DNA of 64,000 nucleotides from an uncultured Ignavibacteriales bacterium (GTDB lineage Bacteria; Zixibacteria; MSB-5A5; GN15; FEB-12). The notes under the pieces were generated by a model, which saw only the letters and a program-made list of their open reading frames with translations, was not told the DNA's origin and searched no databases. Every line of letters begins with the position of its first letter. Position 1 is the stretch's first letter. The stretch lies in the NCBI GenBank assembly GCA_964397415.1, contig CAYNIJ010000016.1, positions 5,048 through 69,047 on the forward strand. The letters are read 5' to 3'. Shown here piece by piece: positions 18,772 through 27,541 of the stretch. The position numbers and the translations under genes were made by a program.

Positions 18772-19743
18772 TTAGAATCGCTTCGTATAGAAGTGGCAGT
18801 ACGGTTCTTTGCCCGTGTAATTGTAGTAGTCCTGGTGGTACTTCTCGGCTGGCCAGAATGTTTCGGCGCTGGCTATTTCAGTCACCACCTTGTACCCCTT
18901 CGCTTTGAGCAATCCGATCAACTTCTCGATAACGGTCCGCTGTTCGTTGGAGGTGACAAAGATCGCCGAACGATACTGGTCACCGATATCCGGTCCCTGG
19001 CGATCGATCTGTGTCGGGTCATGTATCTCGAAAAAATATCGCGCCAGGGTCTCATAATCCGTCTTGGTCGGATCAAAAACTACTTCGACGGTCTCCGCAT
19101 GGCCGGTGGTGCCATCGCAGACCTCACGATAGGTTGGGTTCTCTTTTGTTCCACCCATATATCCGGAGGTGGCTGAGATCACTCCTTTTTGCTGTTCCAG
19201 CAGATGTTCAGTGCCCCAGAAGCAGCCGCCCGCGAAGTACGCGCGCTCCGTGGTGACCGGCGCGGTCTGCACTGAGTCCGGAATGAAACTCATCGAGATC
19301 GAATTAACGCAGTGGCGGGTGTTCTTCTCGGTGAAATGCTCACCTTCGAAAACATGGCCAAGATGTCCGCCGCACTTGGCGCAGGTTATCTCAGTCCGCA
19401 TGCCATCGGCATCGAGCGTCCGCTTCACCGCGCCGGGAATGGCGTCATCAAAGCTAGGCCACCCGCAGCCGGCGTCAAACTTGTCGGAAGAGCGATAGAG
19501 CGCTGTGCCGCACCGTTTGCAGGTATAGGTCCCTTTGGCGGTATGAGTGTAGTATTCGCCGGTGAACGGCATCTCGGTTCCCTTATTAACGATCACCCGC
19601 TCTTCTTCGGGCGTCAACTTGTTCCATTCCATTTTCTTCTCCTTCGTCTGATCTGGCGACGTGACGGCCACAGAGGCGATGATCACTCCGGCGATAATAA
19701 TGAGCGCGGCCCAGGCCAGGCGGATGTACGATGTTCGGTTCAC
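18772..19743 (-). CDS. msrAB: Membrane-anchored bifunctional methionine sulfoxide reductase MsrB-MsrA
   Basis: 323 aa with an N-terminal TM helix. MsrB motifs are CKRCGTALY, GCGWPSF and RHCVNS. The MsrA motif is GGCFWG. Confidence 0.9.
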   Translation of the reverse strand: MNRTSYIRLAWAALIIIAGVIIASVAVTSPDQTKEKKMEWNKLTPEEERVIVNKGTEMPFTGEYYTHTAKGTYTCKRCGTALYRSSDKFDAGCGWPSFDDAIPGAVKRTLDADGMRTEITCAKCGGHLGHVFEGEHFTEKNTRHCVNSISMSFIPDSVQTAPVTTERAYFAGGCFWGTEHLLEQQKGVISATSGYMGGTKENPTYREVCDGTTGHAETVEVVFDPTKTDYETLARYFFEIHDPTQIDRQGPDIGDQYRSAIFVTSNEQRTVIEKLIGLLKAKGYKVVTEIASAETFWPAEKYHQDYYNYTGKEPYCHFYTKRF

Positions 19744-19864
19744 GTTGAAAATCCTCTCTGAGAGCCGGCTGAGGTAGACCGGAAAACACAGGCTCTCGCG
19801 GATTATAACACCGGACGGTTCCCGAAGTGCCGCTGTCGCCGCAACATGACAGACATATGACAGT

Positions 19865-21280
19865 TCAGCGCAGGGAGCGGGCGGTGGACTGAATCAGATC
19901 CCAGGCCGCCTCTATATCCTCGCGAGTCACCTGCGTTTGGGCGGTGACCATCCGAAGCGTGTAGTTTCCGCGCAACTTGGTGTGAGTCATATAGAGTTTT
20001 CCGGTCGCGTTCAGGGTCGCGAGCAGACGTTCATTCAGCTGATTCAGCGCGACCTGGTCATCGATCCCCCTCGGGTGATATCGAAAACAGACCAGGCTGA
20101 GCGGCGCGGGCGCGAGCAATTCAAAGTCATCCGAGTTCTTTATCTGCTCGACTACCCAGCGACTGAGCGCGATATGTTCGCGGATGATGCGCTGTAATCC
20201 CTCCACTCCGTACGAGCGGATGACAAACCAGAGTTTGAGCGCGCGAAAGCGTCGGCCCAGCGGGATCCCCCAATCGCGATAGTTATTCACTCGATCGGCT
20301 TCGGCGGTTTTCAGATACTCGGGCAAAATCTCAAATGTCCTTACCAATGCTTCTTTGTCGCGGACGAAATAAGCCGAGCAATCGAAATTGGTGAGCATCC
20401 ATTTGTGTGGATTAAAGACGAAGCTGTCGGCCAGCTCGAGTCCTTCGCTCATCCAACGCATTTCCGGTAGTAAAAGTGCGTTTCCGGCAAACGCCGCGTC
20501 GATATGCAGCCATATCCCCTGTTGGACGCAGATATCCGCGATCTGTTTGATGGGGTCGATAGCGGTGGAGCCGGTGGTGCCAATCGTGGCGATAACGCAA
20601 AGCGGGGTGAGTCCGGCGGCTTTATCCTGAAGAATCGCTTTCTCCAGTTCCGATGGGAGCATGGCGAATTTGTCATCGGCCGCGATCTGGCGAAGATTCT
20701 GCCGTCCAAAGCCGGCGATCTTGACTCCCTTTTCGATCGATGAATGCGTTTCGGTCGAGCAATAAAGCACGAACTTCTGGTCGGAGAAGCCGCAGTCATT
20801 GACGCGGTAGTTAGATCTCTTCTCGCGGGCGGTCAGCATGGCGCAGAGAGTCGCGGTGGAGGCGGTATCCTGGATGACGCCTTCGAATCCGGGCGGTAAT
20901 CCGATCATCTGGCCGAGCCACTGCATCATCCGTTCCTCGAGTTCAGCGGCTGCGGGCGAGGTTTGCCAGAGCATACACTGCGCGCCGAGTGTGGCGGTCA
21001 GCATCTCGGCCAATACCGATGGCGCGCTGGAATTGGCGGGGAAATAGGCGAAGAATGACGGGTGTTGCCAGTGGGTGACGCCGGGAAGAATATCCTTCTG
21101 AAAGTCCGCGAAAATATCGTGGAAAGAGGTTCCTTCAGCAGGGGGTGCTGGAGGGATCTTGCTAATGATCTCCCCCGGTTTGACCGTGGACTTGACGGGA
21201 AAGTGACGGACATCTTCGAGATAATCCGCCATCCAGTCGATCAGCTTGTGCCCCTCCGTTCGAAACCGTTGCGTATCCAT
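19865..21280 (-). CDS. Group II PLP-dependent decarboxylase (aromatic-L-amino-acid decarboxylase-like)
   Basis: Start is taken at the internal ATG (MDTQRFRTEGHKLIDWMADYLEDV), the usual N-terminus of DDC-type enzymes. The PLP-Lys motif is FNPHKWM. The track ORF extends to 21361. Confidence 0.85.
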   Translation of the reverse strand: MDTQRFRTEGHKLIDWMADYLEDVRHFPVKSTVKPGEIISKIPPAPPAEGTSFHDIFADFQKDILPGVTHWQHPSFFAYFPANSSAPSVLAEMLTATLGAQCMLWQTSPAAAELEERMMQWLGQMIGLPPGFEGVIQDTASTATLCAMLTAREKRSNYRVNDCGFSDQKFVLYCSTETHSSIEKGVKIAGFGRQNLRQIAADDKFAMLPSELEKAILQDKAAGLTPLCVIATIGTTGSTAIDPIKQIADICVQQGIWLHIDAAFAGNALLLPEMRWMSEGLELADSFVFNPHKWMLTNFDCSAYFVRDKEALVRTFEILPEYLKTAEADRVNNYRDWGIPLGRRFRALKLWFVIRSYGVEGLQRIIREHIALSRWVVEQIKNSDDFELLAPAPLSLVCFRYHPRGIDDQVALNQLNERLLATLNATGKLYMTHTKLRGNYTLRMVTAQTQVTREDIEAAWDLIQSTARSLR

Positions 21281-21364
21281 AGCTTCTCCTCGTGAATCAC
21301 TATAAGATAGGCAACAGATCAGCAACCTGCCAGTGGTTTGCAACGGGCTTAGGCGCGCCAAAAA

Positions 21365-21874
21365 TCACTTGGCGCGTTTATAGAATATCTGCCACTTCAT
21401 CTCCCAGGTTGTACCGTTGTCGGTGGAGGCCTGCCAGTCCCACACGAAACTGTCCGCAATAATATCATGGAAGACCATTCGCTGCATGACTTCGGTACCG
21501 TCACGTTTGGTGATGGTGCGGGACAAGGTCATGCGATCATTTGCCCAACCGCCGGTGAAAACCATATAGCCGCCCGAGTTATCGACCCAGGTCTGACGCC
21601 AGAGTTTTGCTTGTGGGTCATAGACGGAAACAGACATCCCGGCAAATCCATTGGGAGCGAGATCCAGGAATTGCTCTTGAATGACGCAGTTGCCAAGTGG
21701 TTTGGTGATATGGTTGGTTCCCCGGCCGGAGTCAGCCCAGGTCAGATCCCATTGGCCGAGCCAGAAATCGAACTGTGACGCTTCCGGCGCGGAGCACGGC
21801 GGTGGGGTGCTATCAGACGGCTGTTGGGCCGCTACTGTGGTCGCGAACAACAGAAGTAAGAGTGTTCTTAACAT
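21365..21874 (-). CDS. Small secreted protein (possibly DUF1579-like)
   Basis: 169 aa with a clear signal peptide MLRTLLLLLFATTVAAQ and a Trp-rich beta-type sequence. The family call is tentative. Confidence 0.55.
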   Translation of the reverse strand: MLRTLLLLLFATTVAAQQPSDSTPPPCSAPEASQFDFWLGQWDLTWADSGRGTNHITKPLGNCVIQEQFLDLAPNGFAGMSVSVYDPQAKLWRQTWVDNSGGYMVFTGGWANDRMTLSRTITKRDGTEVMQRMVFHDIIADSFVWDWQASTDNGTTWEMKWQIFYKRAK

Positions 21875-21996
21875 GCTTGTCCTCTTTCAGATAGGTGTAT
21901 TTTCCCTAAGACGCATGACAGAGCCAGAGAGTGCAGGCAAAACTGCTTGCACTGGTCCGAAGATACCATTTATTGTCCGGCTATGCATGGACTATA

Positions 21997-22845
21997 ATGG
22001 TCTATGAAACTGAAGGACTTCCGGTGACCAAACCGCTTTCACTGATGACCGTACTTGCCCATCCGGACGACGAATCGCTTGGGATGGGGGGAACACTCGC
22101 CCGTTACGGAAACGAAGGGATAGCAACCTACCTTATCTGCGCCACTCGCGGAGAGCGGGGCCGCTACTTCGACGCGGTCGAAAAGCCGCCGATCGAAGTG
22201 GTCGCGCAGACGCGTGAACAGGAACTTCGCGCCGCGGCCAAGGAACTGGGAATCACGGACGTCAGCTTTCTGGATTATCTCGACAAGGATCTGGATCAGG
22301 CGGACCCGGTTGAGGCTATATCCAAGATAGCAGCGCATATTCGACGGCTCAAACCGGATGTAGTCACGACATTCGGTCCGGATGGCGCGTACGGACACCC
22401 GGATCATGTAGCGATCTCGCAGTTCACGGCCGCGGGCTGTATCGCCGCGGCGGATCCATCGTATCAAGGGTCAGTTCATGTACCAATGCCGGCCGCGACG
22501 CATCGCGTCGCCAAACTGTATTATATGGTTTGGACCCCGGGAAAAATGGCCGCCTACATGAGCGCATTCCGAGAATTGAAGATCATGGTTGATGGAGTCG
22601 AACGCTCCGGTACGGCATGGCCGGAATGGGAGATAACGACGGTAATCGACACGGCGGCTCACTGGCCGCAGGTCTGGCGCGCGATCAGTCATCACCAGAC
22701 ACAGTTGACCATTTACACCAAGCTGAAGACGCTTGGTGAGGAGGATCATCGGCAGTTGTGGGGTTCGCAGGAGTTTTATCGCGTTTACAGTCTGGTTAAC
22801 GGCGGACGAAAGCTGGAGAAGGATCTGTTCGAAGGGCTGCGTTAG
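21997..22845 (+). CDS. PIG-L/LmbE-family N-acetylglucosaminyl deacetylase
   Basis: Motif VLAHPDDESLGMGG near the N-terminus, and later HPDH. The start is ambiguous: 21931, 21997 and 22045 are all in frame. Confidence 0.8.
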   Translation: MVYETEGLPVTKPLSLMTVLAHPDDESLGMGGTLARYGNEGIATYLICATRGERGRYFDAVEKPPIEVVAQTREQELRAAAKELGITDVSFLDYLDKDLDQADPVEAISKIAAHIRRLKPDVVTTFGPDGAYGHPDHVAISQFTAAGCIAAADPSYQGSVHVPMPAATHRVAKLYYMVWTPGKMAAYMSAFRELKIMVDGVERSGTAWPEWEITTVIDTAAHWPQVWRAISHHQTQLTIYTKLKTLGEEDHRQLWGSQEFYRVYSLVNGGRKLEKDLFEGLR

Positions 22846-22879
22846 CGGCAATTACGAGATCGAGTAAGGAGTCAGGAGC

Positions 22880-24388
22880 ATGTCAGTTCAGAGCAAGCAA
22901 TCAGCCCGTCGCAACGCGGCGGTAGAACTCTCCGGCGATCAGTTTCGCGAGATGGGGCATCGCCTGGTCGACCAGATCGCGGAAATGTTGGAGACGATGC
23001 GGGAGCGGCCAGTCACTCCCTCGCCGGAACCGGCGGATATTCGCCGGATAATCAACTCGCCTCGCCCGTTGCCGATGGATGGCTCTGACCCGAAGCAACT
23101 TCTTGAGAATGCTACGTCGTTGCTGATAAAGAACTCGCTGTACAACGGACATCCAAATTTCTGGGGATATGTCACGGCCGGTTCCGCGCCGATGGGGATA
23201 CTCGCTGACTTTCTCGCCGCGGCGGTCAACCCGAATTGCGGTGGATGGACGCTTTCACCGGTTGGTTCGGAGATCGAAGCGCAATCAGTGCAGTGGATCG
23301 CCGACTTAATTGGCTATCCGACTGATTGCGGGGGGGTTTTGGTCAGCGGCGGCAATATGGCGAACTTCGTCGGATTCCTCGCGGCTCGTGTCGCCAAAAC
23401 CGATTGGGATGTTAGAGAGAAGGGGCTGGCTTCCCCAACCGCCAAAAAATTGATCGTCTATTGCTCGGCTGAAACACATACCTGGGTGCAAAAGGCCGCC
23501 GATCTGTTCGGGATCGGAACCGATTCCATTCGCTGGATTCCGACGGATAAGAAGCTCCGCATGGATACCACCGCGCTTCGCACCCAGATAGAGAGCGATC
23601 TGTCGTTTGGACTCAAACCATTCTTTGTCGCCGGAACCGGCGGCTCGGTCAGTACCGGCGCGGTCGATCCACTGTATGAGATAGCCGCGATCTGTCGCAA
23701 GTATGACCTCTGGTTTCATGTCGATGGCGCCTACGGCGGTTTCGCCGCCAAAGTGAATGGTGTTCCGACCGACCTTAAGGGGTTGAGTGAGGCGGATTCG
23801 GTCGCGGTCGATCCGCACAAGTGGCTGTATATGCCGCTCGAAGCCGGTTGCGCACTGGTGCGTGATCGGGAGGCGATGATCAAGGCTTTCTCCTATCACC
23901 CGCCGTACTATCATTTCGATCCGGAGCGCGTCAACTACGTCGATTTTGGCATGCAGAACTCGCGCGGCTTCCGCGCGCTGAAGATCTGGCTGACCATGCA
24001 ACAGGTTGGACGGGCGGGATACCTCAAAATGATCGAAGATGATATTCGACTATCCGAAGAGATGTTCCGCGCGGTCAAGCTCCAGCCGGAGTTGGAGCCA
24101 TTTACACAAGGATTGAGTATCGCGACCTTCCGATATGTCCCGTCAGATCTGAAAGCGAAAACCCAGGAGCCGGAGACGCTTGAATATCTGAATCAACTGA
24201 ATGAAGAGATCATGCTGGCGATTGAAAAGAGCGGGAAGGCGTTTGTCTCCCCCGCGCGGCTTGATGGGGTCTTTGTGTTGCGGGCCTGTATTGTGAATTT
24301 CAGAACGAACATTGAGGATGTGCAGGCATTCCCAGAGCTGGTCTGCCGATTGGGGCGGGAGGTTGACGCGCGATTGCGGGACTCATGA
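22880..24388 (+). CDS. Group II PLP-dependent decarboxylase (second paralogue)
   Basis: 502 aa with PLP-Lys motif VDPHKWLYMP, plus HVDGAYGG and the overall DDC/GAD-like layout. Confidence 0.85.
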   Translation: MSVQSKQSARRNAAVELSGDQFREMGHRLVDQIAEMLETMRERPVTPSPEPADIRRIINSPRPLPMDGSDPKQLLENATSLLIKNSLYNGHPNFWGYVTAGSAPMGILADFLAAAVNPNCGGWTLSPVGSEIEAQSVQWIADLIGYPTDCGGVLVSGGNMANFVGFLAARVAKTDWDVREKGLASPTAKKLIVYCSAETHTWVQKAADLFGIGTDSIRWIPTDKKLRMDTTALRTQIESDLSFGLKPFFVAGTGGSVSTGAVDPLYEIAAICRKYDLWFHVDGAYGGFAAKVNGVPTDLKGLSEADSVAVDPHKWLYMPLEAGCALVRDREAMIKAFSYHPPYYHFDPERVNYVDFGMQNSRGFRALKIWLTMQQVGRAGYLKMIEDDIRLSEEMFRAVKLQPELEPFTQGLSIATFRYVPSDLKAKTQEPETLEYLNQLNEEIMLAIEKSGKAFVSPARLDGVFVLRACIVNFRTNIEDVQAFPELVCRLGREVDARLRDS

Positions 24389-24636
24389 GTTGGTTATGCT
24401 GGACCTAAGAAGTCGTTTATTGGACTCAAAAGTATAGATTTCTCCTGCTGATACCGGGTCATTTTCACGACATTTTCAGGATCGAACGAGGATTAATCCT
24501 GGTTCGGGGAACATTTCTTTCCAACAACTTGTAAAAGAACGACTCTCATTAATAGCGATAAGGAGCTTGCCGCCCGCGTTTGATATTGAGACCATAACCT
24601 GTCCTTGAACCCTCTGATATTAATGAGGAGATCGGT

Positions 24637-25140
24637 TTGAAAACACGGGCACTCAGTATCAGCATCTGTCTGGCAGGGATCCTGCTGGTCGCGGCAGTCG
24701 TCTCGGCAAAGCCGAAATCCGGCCCCCCTCCCCTTTATCAGCTTGGAACAGCGTTGAGCGACTCAAGCGCATCCGCGGGTAAGGTCGTCTATCTGGACTT
24801 TTTTGCGTCCTGGTGCGCGCCATGCGCGCTTTCGTTTCCGTTCATGAAGGATTTGAATAAGGCTTACGCCGACAGCGGCCTTGTGATCATCGCTGTTGAT
24901 CTAGACAAGGACTCAAGTGCAGCATCAGCTTTCATCGAACGAATGCGTCCGCCTTTTCAGATAGTAAACGATCCCGAAGGCGCATTGGCGAAACGCTTTG
25001 ACCTGAAAGCGATGCCGACTTCATATCTCTACGCTCCCGACGGCACGGTTCGCTCGGTACATCAGGGGTTCACGCCTGCCGATACATCAAAGATCCGCGC
25101 CGAAATTGTCGCGCTGTTGCATGAAACGAGGAAACCATGA
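24637..25140 (+). CDS. Secreted TlpA-like thiol:disulfide oxidoreductase
   Basis: 167 aa with a TTG start preceded by GGAG, a signal peptide, and the thioredoxin motif FFASWCAPC. Confidence 0.8.
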   Translation: MKTRALSISICLAGILLVAAVVSAKPKSGPPPLYQLGTALSDSSASAGKVVYLDFFASWCAPCALSFPFMKDLNKAYADSGLVIIAVDLDKDSSAASAFIERMRPPFQIVNDPEGALAKRFDLKAMPTSYLYAPDGTVRSVHQGFTPADTSKIRAEIVALLHETRKP

Positions 25141-25370
25141 GAACGAAACGCTCGATCCTGTTATTCGCCATTCTCTCTATCACGCTGCTCAGTCTGAGCA
25201 GTTGCGCGCCGGTAGGCGTAAAGCCGTGGGAGCGGGATATCATGGCCAAGCCCTCGATGCAATTGGATAACGCGGCGGTCGATCGCGGTCTCGATGACCA
25301 TATCTATTTCAGCAAAGAAGCGTCGAGTGGTGGACGCGGATTCGGCGGGGGTGGCTGCGGATGCAATTGA
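25137..25370 (+). CDS. Small lipoprotein, DUF4266-like
   Basis: 77 aa with lipobox LSLSSC and a Gly/Cys C-terminus GGGGCGCN. ATGA overlap with the tlpA-like stop. Confidence 0.75.
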   Translation: MRTKRSILLFAILSITLLSLSSCAPVGVKPWERDIMAKPSMQLDNAAVDRGLDDHIYFSKEASSGGRGFGGGGCGCN

Positions 25371-26656
25371 CCAAACCGCGCTCTATAGCCAAAGCGGCGG
25401 CCGCAATAACGACCGTACTCCTTGGCGGAAATCTGGTCGCGTCGAGTGTACCCGGCAAAGTGGAATCCTCGCTGCTCCTGTACAGCGAAACCAGTCGGGT
25501 CAAAGCGGCCGAAGGGATTGTGGCAGGGACATTTTTCCTCAAAGGGGATCGGATCCTCTCCGCCAAGCTGACCTTTGATGGCCTGACCGGAGCATCGCCG
25601 AACGGCGCGACGATATCACGACAGATCCAGACCTTCACGCGGCCGTCCGGTAAAGGGAGCTATACGATTCGCCCCGGTGACCGTCCGCTGGATGATACAT
25701 TCAAAGATACGCGCTACGCGTTTGATGTTGGATTGATGCAACCCCTAGGCCGACTCAATGTGCTCAACCTGGGCGGGCATTTCTCCACCGAGCATGACTA
25801 TACCTCGATAGGCGTCAATGCCGGCCTCAGCCGGGAGTTCTTCGACAAAAACACGACGCTCGGTATTTCCGGAAGCTACGCGCACGAGTTGGTGCGCACA
25901 GTCGGCGGGACACATATTCCTCTCAGCCCAATGCCTCCGGCCACCGACGATGGCGGCGGCGAAGGAGAGGATGAGGATGATGGTCCCGAAGGGAACGAAA
26001 AGAAGGATGTGGTCGATCTGCTGGTCGGAGTCACGCAGATTCTGGATCGCAAGACGATCTTCCGCGCCAACTACTCATACGGTCGCGTGACGGGGTACTT
26101 GAATGATCCCTACAAGTTGCTATCAGTGGTTGAAGCGCCGACCGGTCTGAATCCCGGAGAACCGGTTGACTACCTGTATGAAGCACGGCCGGATAATCGC
26201 ACGAAACAGTCGCTGTACGGACAACTGCGACGCTATCTCGGCGGGCACACGGTTGATCTTTCCTATCGCTATTTCTGGGATGACTGGGGGATCACATCGA
26301 ATACGGTGGAAATGTTCTATCGCTGGCAGTTCAAGGGAGACAAGGCGCTTATCCCCCATGTTAGGTGGTACCACCAGACGGAAGCGGATTTCTATCGCGC
26401 ATATCTGGTGCAGGGGGATCCGCTTCCGGGGTTCGCTTCCGCCGATTACAGACTTGCCAGTTTCAACGCGTATACGGTTGGACTGCAGTACTCATTCCCT
26501 ATCCACAATGGCGGAAAACTGAGTCTTGGTGGAGAGTATTATATCCAGCGAGGAGATGCTTCGCCGCCGAACAGCTTCGGAACATTACGTGACGCCAAGC
26601 CTTTCCCGGATATGGACGCGTTGATGTTCCGAGTCGGATATGAGCATGGTTTCTGA
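25361..26656 (+). CDS. DUF3570-like exported protein (probable outer-membrane beta-barrel)
   Basis: 431 aa with a signal peptide and alternating beta-strand-like pattern. An acidic Gly-rich insert reads DDGGGEGEDEDDG. The C-terminus is ...FRVGYEHGF. Contains FDGLTGASPNGAT. Confidence 0.7.
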   Translation: MQLTKPRSIAKAAAAITTVLLGGNLVASSVPGKVESSLLLYSETSRVKAAEGIVAGTFFLKGDRILSAKLTFDGLTGASPNGATISRQIQTFTRPSGKGSYTIRPGDRPLDDTFKDTRYAFDVGLMQPLGRLNVLNLGGHFSTEHDYTSIGVNAGLSREFFDKNTTLGISGSYAHELVRTVGGTHIPLSPMPPATDDGGGEGEDEDDGPEGNEKKDVVDLLVGVTQILDRKTIFRANYSYGRVTGYLNDPYKLLSVVEAPTGLNPGEPVDYLYEARPDNRTKQSLYGQLRRYLGGHTVDLSYRYFWDDWGITSNTVEMFYRWQFKGDKALIPHVRWYHQTEADFYRAYLVQGDPLPGFASADYRLASFNAYTVGLQYSFPIHNGGKLSLGGEYYIQRGDASPPNSFGTLRDAKPFPDMDALMFRVGYEHGF

Positions 26657-27539
26657 CGAGCTGACCTTGCGCAGGTCAGAGGATTGCTGGAAGGCGGAGT
26701 TCAGCGCCATGGCCAGCCCCTGCGAAGTGCTTGTTGATATACCGACTGAGAGTGAAGCCAGATTCCTGGCTTCACTTGCTCTTGCCGAAACGCGCCGTAT
26801 CGAACAGAAATTCAGCCGCTACCGCGATGACAATATCATCCACGCCATCAACAATTCCAATGGTCAGCCGGTGCAACTCGACGAAGAAACAGCGCGCATG
26901 CTCGCCTACGCGGATTCCTGTTTCACATTGAGTGCGGGGATGTTTGATATCACGTCCGGTGTTCTGCGCAAGGCCTGGCGGTTTGACGGTCAGCCGGCGC
27001 ACCCGGACAAGGAGCTAATCAAGAACCTGATGGCCGCGGTCGGATGGTCAAAGGTCTCGCTAACCGACACCTCAATAACTCTTCAACCGGGAATGCAGAT
27101 CGACCTTGGCGGGATCGGCAAAGAGTACGCGGTTGACCGAGTCGCTCAGCTTATCGCCGAGAAGGCAAATTGTTCGGTGATGGTCAATTTCGGCGGAGAT
27201 ATTCGCGCGGTCACTCTTGATGAAATGCGCGAGCCATGGACAGTCGGTATCGAAAAGCCAGCGAATGAAGAAAAGGTTGCGGGGGTGATAGAGCTTCGGA
27301 ATGGCGCGATCGCCACGAGTGGCGATTCACGCCGGTTCTGTCTCTACAAAGGGAAGCGACTCGGACATATCCTCGACCCGCGCACCGGTTGGCCGGTGAA
27401 GAACGGTCCCCGTAGTGTGACGGTCATCGCCGGACAGTGTACCGAAGCCGGTCTATTGGCGACACTGGCGATGTTACATGGCGCCAAAGCCGAGGAATTC
27501 CTGCAGGCGCAGGACGTGACGTTTCACTGCATCCGCTAA
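26640..27539 (+). CDS. apbE: ApbE-family FAD:protein FMN transferase
   Basis: 299 aa with ...FSAMASPCEVLV..., FDITSG, IDLGGIGKEYAVD, ATSGDS and HILDPRTG, all typical ApbE blocks. It overlaps the upstream gene by 17 nt. Confidence 0.85.
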   Translation: MSMVSDELTLRRSEDCWKAEFSAMASPCEVLVDIPTESEARFLASLALAETRRIEQKFSRYRDDNIIHAINNSNGQPVQLDEETARMLAYADSCFTLSAGMFDITSGVLRKAWRFDGQPAHPDKELIKNLMAAVGWSKVSLTDTSITLQPGMQIDLGGIGKEYAVDRVAQLIAEKANCSVMVNFGGDIRAVTLDEMREPWTVGIEKPANEEKVAGVIELRNGAIATSGDSRRFCLYKGKRLGHILDPRTGWPVKNGPRSVTVIAGQCTEAGLLATLAMLHGAKAEEFLQAQDVTFHCIR

Positions 27540-27541
27540 GC

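Noticed and set aside
21281-21361. N-terminal extensions given by the ORF track, here and at 12256-12420, 29496-29612, 35929-36069, 36327-36494, 38013-38084 and 48990-49046
   Set aside because: The extensions are Cys/Arg/Ser-rich and unprotein-like. Internal starts give canonical N-termini (signal peptides, lipoboxes, Rossmann or HTH starts), so I used the internal starts.
23306-24001. 231-aa minus-strand ORF
   Set aside because: It is antisense to the second PLP decarboxylase, which has the HKW PLP-Lys motif. It has no motifs of its own.
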